This document shows positions 1 through 8,481 of a DNA stretch of 43,732 nt, one piece after another (position 1 is the first letter of the stretch; every line of letters starts with the position of its first letter). Origin of the DNA: Antechinus flavipes (taxonomy: Eukaryota); NCBI RefSeq assembly GCF_016432865.1, contig NC_067400.1, positions 611,960,269-612,004,000 of the forward strand, written 5' to 3'. The notes beneath the pieces were generated by a model that ran no database searches, was not told the DNA's origin, and saw nothing but the letters and a program-made list of their open reading frames with translations. A program made the position numbers and the translations under genes.

Positions 1-58
1 GCCTTGAGCTCCAGGCGTCACTTGCCTTGCAGTGGGGAAAGGGAAGGAGACCACTGAC

Positions 59-101
59 CTGTGAGCAGGGCCAAGAGCAGGCTGGCTCCGCAGGGATTCA
101 T
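59..101 (-). CDS. HCST: HCST (DAP10) coding exon 1, signal peptide; the rest of the gene lies left of the window
   Basis: Minus strand ATG at 101 reads MNPCGASLLLALLT+G (43 nt), then donor GTCAGT. Length and phase match human/mouse HCST exon 1 as recalled (14 codons +1). Position is head-to-head with NFKBID as in human. Confidence 0.7.
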
Positions 102-914
102 GCTAACGGGCTGAGATCTGAGTCAGGCTCTCCAGGATCCCAGGAAAGGAGGCAGGAGCAAAGGGTGTGGCAGCAAGAAAAGATGGCATAGGCCAGGAGC
201 CCAGCTTCCTGCCCCCAGCAAAGTGAGGGAGGGAAGTCTGAGGGGAGGAAAAGGGCGGGGAAATAAAGGGGGACATAAAGGCCCCCCCCTCCAGGGCCAC
301 AGGAGGGCGCCTGGGAGTCAGCGTGGAGGAAGCCGTGGCTAGCGGAGAGGCAGCAGTCATGGGGGAGAAGGCCCCGGTGTCCCAGAAAGAGAGCAATGGG
401 AGCCTGGGAAATGGGACGGGTGGGTATGTGAAAGGGCGGGGGCCGGACGCAGGACGCCCACTGGGCATCACAGGGAAGGGGCCCAGAGGCAAGATCCCTA
501 GGCCCCCAGAAGGGCCCGGGCGGGGGACAGAAGGCTCGGATTTTCCAGGATGCCCAGAAAGCCTGGAGGAAAGGTGCCGCGGTCTCCCGGGGAGAGGAGG
601 CAGACAGGCGGGACGCTGGTGACCCTGGAAGTGGAACTGGGGATACTTGGGGCCTGAGATATAGATCCCTTGACTTGTAAGTAGTTGTCACCCCCACTGA
701 GTAGGGGGAGAGTGTGGTCAGTGATCCCTCTCCTGGAGACATCAGCTTCTGGAGGAAAACCGAGGTCAGGGACAGCACCGGGAGCACTGAGGGGGGTGGG
801 GGTGGGGGGCCCAGACACAGATATAGAACTATCCAGACTAGACCCAAAGGTGCCTAAAACTGTGCGTGTTGATCAGCACTGTTAGGTCTGTGCCCCAAAG
901 AGATTTTTTTTTTT

Positions 915-1390
915 TAAGGAAAAGGACACATCTGTACAAAACTATTTGCAGCAGCCCTTTTTGTAGGGCGGAGAATTGGAAAGTGAAGGGATGTGCATCA
1001 TTCGGGGAATGGCTGACCAAGCTGGGGCTCTAGGTTATAGAAAAACATGGCAAAACCTATCTGAACTGACACAAAGTGAAGTGAGGAAAACCCGGAGATT
1101 TCGACTGTCACGTCGTAACGGTGATCTACTGTTAAAGAATTGACTACTCTGCTCAATAAAATGATCTAAAACCATTTCAAAGGACTCATGATGAAAAAAA
1201 TGATGAACTCTGAGTGCAACTGAAATATAATTCTCTCACTTCATTTTTCTTGCTTTGGGGGGGGCAATATGGCTGATATGGAAATACAGCTTGCATGATG
1301 TCACATGTGTCATTGATATCATTTGCTTGCTGTCTCCGTGGGTGGGAGAGAGGAAGAAATTTGTAGCTCAAAACTGAAAGAGAAAAGAAC
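915..1390 (+). mobile_element. Old L1 3' fragment (ORF2 end plus 3' UTR)
   Basis: Decayed match to the marsupial L1 3' end (ctgtacaaaactatttgcagcagccc...ggggaatggctgaccaag...gaactgacacaaagtgaagtgagg), ending in a G-rich stretch and A-rich tail. Recognised by eye. Confidence 0.65.
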
Positions 1391-1599
1391 GTTTAAAATA
1401 ATGAAATTGAAAATGTAGTTGGGAAACATTTAAAAAAACATTTTTTTTTCATTAAAGCTTTTTATCTACAAAACATGTGCATGGGTAATTTTCCCCACAA
1501 TGACCCTTGCAGAACAGATTTTTTTTTTTTTTAATCGATAAAAATACGCGAGGTAAGTAGCTAAAAAGGGGCTCGCAGCTTGGTCTCCCAGCCCCCAGC

Positions 1600-1870
1600 C
1601 CACGTGTTCACTGAATTAGGAAGTATCCCGGTGACCTGGAGCTGACAAACTCCCCGGCCCCAGAGGCTTCCCGAAAAGGCCGCCGGTCCCCGGGCTAAAT
1701 GTCAGCCAGCCAGGGGATTCTAGCGAGGGCAGCCACCGGCGGCCGCGCGGCTGCCCCCGAAACCGCTTCGGTCTTTATGGGATTCTGGGACTCGCGGGGC
1801 CGCCCCGAGGGCGGGGCGAGGGCGGGGCCGGGCCGGGATTTAAAGCGCCCGCGCGGGCCAAGTCGAGAAT
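1600..1870 (+). promoter_or_regulatory. NFKBID upstream CpG-island promoter
   Basis: E-box CACGTG 1601-1606, ETS-like AGGAAGT ~1618, GC boxes 1810-1830, TATA-like GATTTAAAG ~1837-1845, followed by an exon ending at donor AAG|gtaacc (1970/1971). Confidence 0.6.
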
Positions 1871-1906
1871 CGGGGGACGGCTCCGGCTCCCCGCTCAGAG
1901 AAGAGG

Positions 1907-1970
1907 CTGGCGCAGCGCCGAGGCCGGGGTGGCCCGGGGGCCCCGCCACCCGCGCCCCGGAATCCGAAAG
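1907..1970 (+). CDS. NFKBID: Putative NFKBID first coding segment, CUG-initiated
   Basis: Donor at 1971 is phase 1 and joins exon 3876 in frame (...PRNPK|VSRGERSHC). In-frame TAA at 1841-1843 and no ATG between it and the donor. CTG at 1907 lies in aggCTGg context. Confidence 0.5.
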
Positions 1971-2296
1971 GTAACCCGGGACTGAACGCTTGGCGCTGAG
2001 AAGGGGCCGGGGAGTGGGGACAGGGACGGGACAGATGCCTGATCCCCAAGGGGAGGGAAGGATGGGGGGGCGGAGACCAGACTGTGCTGCCTGCGGCTCC
2101 GAGGAGTCGGCCGGGGGGGCGCGGAGGAAGATCTGCATGCGGGGGCCTCTGAGCTCTTGTCCCATCAACGAGCATTTTATCCAGAGCCGGACTCCTGGAT
2201 CTAGGACCGCCAGACAGAGCCCAGGGTCAAAGGTTCCCGTGTCCCAGCGGGCAAAGCTGCGGGTGGGGGACACTTGTTTCTGAGGATCAGAGCTGG

Positions 2297-2408
2297 GGAG
2301 AGGGCAGGAGGTCTGGGATCCCCGGAGACAGAGGGCAGGAGGTCTGGGATCCAGAGTGCCCGAGACAGAGGGCAGGAGGTCTGGGATCCCCGGAGACAGA
2401 GGGCAGGG
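2297..2408. repeat. ~30-bp tandem repeat, about 3 copies
   Basis: gagggcaggaggtctgggatcccc(ggagaca) repeated in NFKBID intron 1. Confidence 0.8.
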
Positions 2409-2753
2409 GCGGGGAAGAGAGTGCCTAAATCCCGGAGCGGCGGAGCCGCAGGCTGGGGGACTCCTGGGTCCAGGAAAATAAGAACTGATAAAATAGCCCG
2501 CAGGAAGATTAAAGCGGACAGAAGCCGGTCCCCGAAGCGCCAGCGCGCAGGGGCTGGGGACTCCGGGGTGGGAAGGTCCCGGGGATGGAAGGGATTTCGG
2601 AGCTCGGGGCAGGACTGGGGCATTCCCGGATCGGGGACAGAGGTGACAGAGAGGCCGGAGGGACTCCGAGGTCAGAATGGGGGGGGGGGGGCGAGCAGAC
2701 TTCTGGGTTCTCCCGGTCCTGGGACAGGGCGTGCCAGGGACCCCTCTGGCCCT

Positions 2754-2935
2754 GGGACTTCCCCCGCCCTAGTCGAGGGACTTGGGGCCGAACAGGGATT
2801 CCCCTTCCGCGGGGATTCCGTGGTCACTGCGCTTGGCTGCCCTCCTCCCCCCCTCCCTTTGTGCTGGACACCTGGATCCCCGGGGAGGGCGGGTGGAAGA
2901 TTCCCCTGCGCAGGGGTGACGATGGAGTGACGTCA
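2754..2935. promoter_or_regulatory. NF-kB site cluster plus CRE (NFKBID intronic enhancer or second promoter)
   Basis: GGGACTTCCC 2754-2763 and GGGATTCCCC 2795-2804 both fit GGGRNNYYCC. Near-site GGGGATTCCG 2811-2820. Perfect CRE TGACGTCA 2928-2935. Confidence 0.6.
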
Positions 2936-3875
2936 TCGCGTTCTTTCCGGACTCCTTTCCGAAACCGCCCGCCTCCACTTTAACTCTTCCTCTGCCGGAC
3001 TCCAGGGAATTGGAGGGGAGGGAGGTTCGGGCCGCCTGGGCCGTTTGGTACCGGGGGAAGAGCTGAGTTTCTGGACGCTGAGTCCTCTCGGAGACAGGGA
3101 CTAGAAGCCCGCTTCATAGATTCTCGAACTAAAAGCACGCTTAAGGGGTCATCCAGGCCCGCGCTCTTAATTTGAGAAAGAAACCGAAGCCCGGGTTAGA
3201 AGCGGGGAATCCGGCCTCCGGCCCCAAATTCTTTCCGGGCAATCGCCGAGGGGGCGGAGGCCGTTTCATCTTGGACTCGACATCCTCGGCGCCAAATATT
3301 GTTGTGCCCGACACATTAATGAACTGAGTGGCCGTGTTCCCTGAGAGATAAGGGCGGGGGAGGGGGCTGAGAGCTTCGAAAGCCTCTCGCGTCCCTGAAT
3401 TAGGGATAGGGATGCGGAGGCTGCGGGGAGAGGAAGCTTTAGGTGCGCTGAAGCAAGAGATGCGGGGACTGATGCTCGGATGTCACCGAAATCCAGAGCT
3501 GGGCCATGACGAGCTTGGGTCCCAGAGAAGGAGACCCAGAGAAGGGTCCCAGACGGGGGGGCGGGAGGCGAGCAGAAGCTAGGGTCCCCGGGCCGGGATG
3601 TGGGCGGGGCAGACAGCCGGCTCCGGGGGAGACACGCTCCGGGGCTCTGGATAAGGGTTCGGCCGCCTCCCCGGTTTCCAAGACGTGGGGAGAGGGAGGT
3701 GGGGTCGGGAGGAAACTGCGGCGGAGCGGGTGGGGGGAGAGCCTCCGCGTGGGGACACTGCCCCGGTTTTCCGTGAGAGGCAGGGAAGAAGAGGGGGAGG
3801 GGCCCCTCCTTGATCTTGGACTCCCGATAACCCTCTCCCTTGGGCTCTCCTCCCTCCCTGCTCCCACCCCCACAG

Positions 3876-6800
3876 TGAGCCGGGGCGAGCGCAGCCACTG
3901 CCCGTCTCAGACTGTGAAGAAACTGCTGGAGGCGCAAAGGCGGCGGAGGCAATCTGGCACCAGCTACCAGCCTCAGGTGAGGGCGAGAGGTTCCGACCTA
4001 CACGTCCCAGCAAGCCCAGCGGCCGCCGCCTGGCTTTGGGGCCTGATTCGGCCCCACGGTCTGCCGGGAGTTGTAGTTCTGCATCCCTCTCAGGACTCGG
4101 GGGCGGGGGTGGGGGGAGTGCGGAGGAGGCAGCCTTCTTATTGAAACTGACTTTCACCTCTTCCAACCAGGGGCAAGTCCCTGCGATCTCTGCAAATGAC
4201 GCCGAACCAGGTGAGTCCGAAAACCCGGAATCGATCCCACTTCTAATCCCAGCCCCCCGAGCATCCCCGAGCTTTGCATCTGACCCCTCCTCCTCTGCAG
4301 GTCTGGGCCCCTTCCCAGGGGCTCCGGAAGTTCAGGTGGCGGGCCTTGGGGCCCCGTCGGCTCCCCCGGCGCAGGCCCCGGGCTGGGACCTGGAAGCCAG
4401 TGCCTTGTACCCCGACTGCCCCTACCACTACCCACCCTCGGCCGAAGCCTTCTTCAGCTTCCCCCCCGCGGATCCCGGGGGGCTGGCTTCCTTCCCCGCC
4501 CTCCTGGAGGTGAGTCCCCAGGCCCCTGGGGTGGGGGGTGGGGGATGGAGGGAGAGGGGTGGGGAAAGGCGCTCGCGAGGGTTTCCCAGGCCCGACGTAG
4601 TCACTTTCCTCCCCTCTTTCTCATTCCCCCTCCCCATTTTAACTCCACCCACCAATGACCAAATTAAAATGCTTAGAAAAGAAAGGAGGAAATGGTGATT
4701 CACTTCGTGGAGGCAATGATTCATTTTAAGGAAAGATCAATCTTTTTATAGAAGGGCCGCATCTTCCATCCATGAAATTCCCCCCTCCCCCCCACTTCCT
4801 CTCTGGGTCTGGGTGTCCGGGGCCCTCCCCTTTGGCTCTGATTTTCCAGACGCGGCCCCTTCATCTCGTTCCCTCCCAACTGCAGGGCCCTGTGGATGCC
4901 GCCGGACTGTATGGGGAGCCAAACCCGCCTCCGGCCGGCCCCTGGGGAGTCCCGGGGCCCCCCCAGCTCCTGGCTCCACAAGGAGCTTCCCTGGAGGCCG
5001 CGCGGGCGCAGGTTCATGCCTTAGGGCTGCAGCGGCTGCTGACCCAGGATGAGGAGGGGGACACGTGAGTTTGGGCTGGGGGGCCGGGGGTCTGGGGAAG
5101 GACCAGAACGGGGATCTTCAGCTCATCATCGTCCTCTGCCCTCCTTAGGCTTCTTCACCTGTTTGCGGCCCAAGGTCTCCGCTGGTCAGCCTATGCCGCG
5201 GCTGAGATGCTGCAGGGCTACGGACAGCTGGACATCCGGGAACACCAGGGAAAGGTGAGGGGCCGGAGCCCTGGGACAAAGGTCAGGGGTCCCTCTGCTC
5301 CAGGCTCACGTTCTGACTCCTTTCCCCGCAGACGCCCCTCCTTGTAGCCGCCACAGCCAACCAGCCGCTGATTGTCCAGGACCTGTTAACCCTGGGAGCT
5401 GACCCCAATGCTACTGACCACCGTGGCCGGACCATCCTGCACCTGGCCGCCACTTACGGCCTGCCTGGGGTCCTCACGGTGAGAATGGCTCCTAGATTCT
5501 GGCTCAAGGGGACAGAGGGGGATCCGGACTGGGCCGAGGGACCTAGTACTCGGAGAAAACAGGGGCTGAAGTCCCAGCTTTCAGGGTCCCTGGGGGGGAA
5601 ACACTGACCAAATCTGAGCCCCACGTCTCTCCCCAGGCTGTGTTTAACTCAGGGATTCAGGTAGACATGGAGACCAGGGACTTTGAGGGTGAGTCACATT
5701 TGGCTGGGGCCGAGGGGCAGAATAAAGTGGGCAGGTCTCCCCAGGACAATGGGGACTTACTGGTTCCCATGATTTCCCCAGGTCTCACCCCGCTGCATGC
5801 TGCTGTGCTCTCCCTTAACGAGGTCACCCAGCAGCCAGCCTGCGGCCCCAGGACAATGACCGTCCCAGCACGGGACAGGCTGGCCTGTGTCCAGATGCTG
5901 TTAGAGATGGGGGCCGACCACACCAGCCAGGTGGGCAGGGTCCCCGGGAGATGGCGGGAGGGGCGGCCACATCGGTCCCCGAGAATGGACCAGGCAGACC
6001 AAGAGCCCGAGCCCCAGAGGTTAGAGGTCAGAGGGTGACTCGGTGTCCTCGGCCCTCACTTCCCCCTTTCTCTAGGAATTCAAGAGTAATAAGACAGTGC
6101 TGCATCTGGCCGTCCAGGGAGCCAATCTCGCCCTCGTGCAGATGCTGCTGGACCTGCCCAGTGGGGATCCGAGGGCCTTTGTGAACATGAAGGTGGGTCC
6201 TGGGACCGCGACCTCGGGAGAAGGGACAGATATGAGAGGTGCAGATTGGAGAGGCGAGATGGAGTCTCCCCCCCCAGAGCTCGGGAGGAGTCCGCGCAGT
6301 CACTGGGAGCCCTGTCCCGTTGCCCATCGCACCGGAGTGCTCGGTAGCGGCTGGAGAGACCGAGGCCCCCTGAAAAGCTGGCTTTGAGGGACCCAGCCCT
6401 TCTATTTGTCTCCCCACCAGGCCCACGGGAACACAGCCTTGCACATGGCAGCCGCCCTGCCCCCAGGATTCCCCCAGGAGCCTATCATTCGGGGGCTCCT
6501 GGCGGCTGGGGCAGATCCCGCCCTGCGCAATCTGGAGAATGAGCAGCCGGCGCACCTGCTGAGCCCCGGACCGGCCTCGGAAGCAGTAAGGGCAGCCCCT
6601 TGGACCTGTGCCCCCCCGTTTGCTTTTCCAACCCCTATCTAGACCTCTGACCTATCCTAACCCCCCACTTACCCTGAGCCCTGACCCAGAGCTCTGATCT
6701 CAGATCCCTTATACCTATCATGCTGACCCCCAGACCTCTGATCTCTGACCCCTTATACTTATCATGCTGGCCCCCAGACCTCTGATTCCTTATACCCATC

Positions 6801-7108
6801 ATGCTGACTCCTAGATTTCTGATCTCTGACCCCTTATACCCATCATGCTGACCCCCAGACCTCTGATCTTTGACCCCTTATACCCATCATGTTGACCCCC
6901 AGGCTCCTGATCTCTGACCCCTTATACCCATCATGCTGACCCCCAGACTTCTGATCTCTGACCCCTTATGCCCATCATGTTGACCCCCAGACCTCTGATC
7001 TCTGACCCCTTATACCCATCATGCCGACCCCCGACCTCTGACTTGTTTTCCCAGCTTCGGCAGCTGTTGAAGAGAAGCCGGCCCCCACCTCTGGCCTCCT
7101 CCTCATAG
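3876..7108 (+). CDS. NFKBID: NF-kB inhibitor delta (IkBNS), ankyrin-repeat atypical IkB
   Basis: Exons 3876-3976, 4171-4210, 4301-4509, 4886-5064, 5149-5254, 5332-5478, 5637-5688, 5782-5930, 6076-6192, 6421-6585, 7055-7108 (TAG), all GT-AG and phase-consistent. Peptides QDEEGDTLLHLFAAQGLRW, TPLLVAATANQPLIV, AHGNTALHMAAALPPG and LRQLLKRSR match mammalian IkBNS. Confidence 0.95.
6690..7045. repeat. 44-bp minisatellite (~8 copies) in NFKBID last intron
   Basis: Unit gaccccttatacccatcatgctgacccccagacctctgatctct; the atcatg core recurs mostly 44 nt apart from ~6717 to ~7018. Confidence 0.9.
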
Positions 7109-7326
7109 GACTCACGGCCCATTACTCGGACTGGTTCTTCAGTCCACATCTGTTCAACCTCCCTGTCCCTGAGGGACAACCAAGCGTATGCTCGTGTATG
7201 CAAACCTAGGATAATTTATTGGATCCCTATCCAACGCTGACCTGCCCCCGGCCTGGGGAGTCTTACATTAAAACTCCCGGGGGGAGGCGGCCTGGAAGGG
7301 AAGCTGGGGGAGGGGGAGCCTGTGCT

Positions 7327-7371
7327 GATTTCTGTGAAATCGAAAGCCCCCCGACTTGTTTCTGTGAAACA
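7327..7371 (+). promoter_or_regulatory. Tandem constitutive decay elements (Roquin CDE stem-loops) in NFKBID 3' UTR
   Basis: GATTTC-TGT-GAAATC (7327-7341) and TGTTTC-TGT-GAAACA (7357-7371): 6-bp stems with a UGU tri-loop, matching the UUCYRYGAA CDE consensus known from Nfkbid. Confidence 0.9.
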
Positions 7372-7412
7372 GACTTAGCCCCAGACGTTCCAGCCAACCC
7401 TCCGACCCTCTA

Positions 7413-7418
7413 ATTAAA
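7413..7418 (+). terminator. Probable NFKBID polyadenylation signal (ATTAAA)
   Basis: ATTAAA just downstream of the CDEs, followed about 20 nt later by a U-rich tract (7438-7446). Confidence 0.45.
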
Positions 7419-8186
7419 TTTGATTGGGACCCGAATGGTTTTTTTCCTGTCCTTAAGGTGGGGAATAAGACAGAGGAGTATCACCTGGGCACCTGGGTCT
7501 GAGAGAATGGCCTTCTGGGGCCTCCGGGGCATCCCAGGGGACGCTCTCAGACCCGGCCTTCCCTCGAGGTATGGGTGGGGAAACTGAGGCACAGAGCGGA
7601 TGCAGCAAGGAATGGGGCTGAAGTTCCAGGGGCCCACCCCGCGCTCTGTAACTCGGGTCTGGCTCCTCCTCCAAAGGGGGGCTCATCGGTTCTGGGCAGC
7701 TGCAGCCTCTAGTGTTCTCGGGGCCCAAGCTGTCCCTTCAACAATGGGGGCCCTGGCTTCATGAAGGGCCGTGCCTTGATTTCTCCCCAACACCCTCCTT
7801 GCCCTCCCCACTTTTGGTGGGATACTCCGGGAATACTCCGGGGGCCTTCCAGACCCAACTGGGATCCCTTCTGGGAGGTGGGAGTGGGGGGAGGCAAAGG
7901 CAGAACGGGAGGTGCTCGGGCAAGCCCCCTCCCCAGGCTGCTCTATAAGCCGGCTTGTTCTTGTTTATGGGGGCGCATAGATCTCAGGCTCGCCCCCTAC
8001 CCCATATCCACCTGGCCAGAGGCAGGGGGAGGGAATAAGCATTTACACAGCTCCGACTGTGTGCCTCTGCCGGCCTTACTGGACTTGACATAGATCTTCT
8101 CTTGATAATTCCCATTCCCTGCTGCCCCCCATCCCCCATCCCCCATCTGCTTGGCCAAGAGAGACAAGGCTATTGGATAGGGAAGG

Positions 8187-8192
8187 TTTATT
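8187..8192 (-). terminator. APLP1 polyadenylation signal
   Basis: TTTATT on + is AATAAA on -, about 290 nt past the APLP1 stop. Confidence 0.7.
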
Positions 8193-8481
8193 GAGACATT
8201 AGTTTCACTGGGTCACAAGGTGGGGGGGAGGGCCCTGGGTGGAGGGGGCAGTTTTTCTGCACCCAATTAACTTAGAAAATAAATTAGGGGAGGAGATTGG
8301 GTAGCCATGGGCCTAGGGGCCTCTAAGGTCAGAGAGCAGGAGTTTCAGGGCCCCTGGGGTTGGAAGTTGGGGTATAAGGGTCCCCCAAAGACAGGAATTG
8401 GGGGCTTGGGGATCCTTCAGGGTCAGAAGTTGGGGGCTTGGGATCCCTCAGGGGTAGGGTTTGGAGCTCAGGGGCTGAGGC

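Noticed and set aside
98-847. 249-aa minus-strand ORF upstream of HCST
   Set aside because: Different frame from the HCST ATG at 101 and no resemblance to DAP10 or DAP12. Likely a GC-rich artefact.
4850-4885. Alternative in-frame NFKBID acceptor at 4850
   Set aside because: Possible, but the 4886 acceptor aligns better with the recalled mouse sequence, and there is no transcript evidence here.
8278-8283. Plus-strand AATAAA implying NFKBID/APLP1 3' UTR overlap
   Set aside because: A nearer ATTAAA with a U-rich downstream tract exists at 7413. On the minus strand this site is an AU-rich (AUUUA) stretch of the APLP1 3' UTR.
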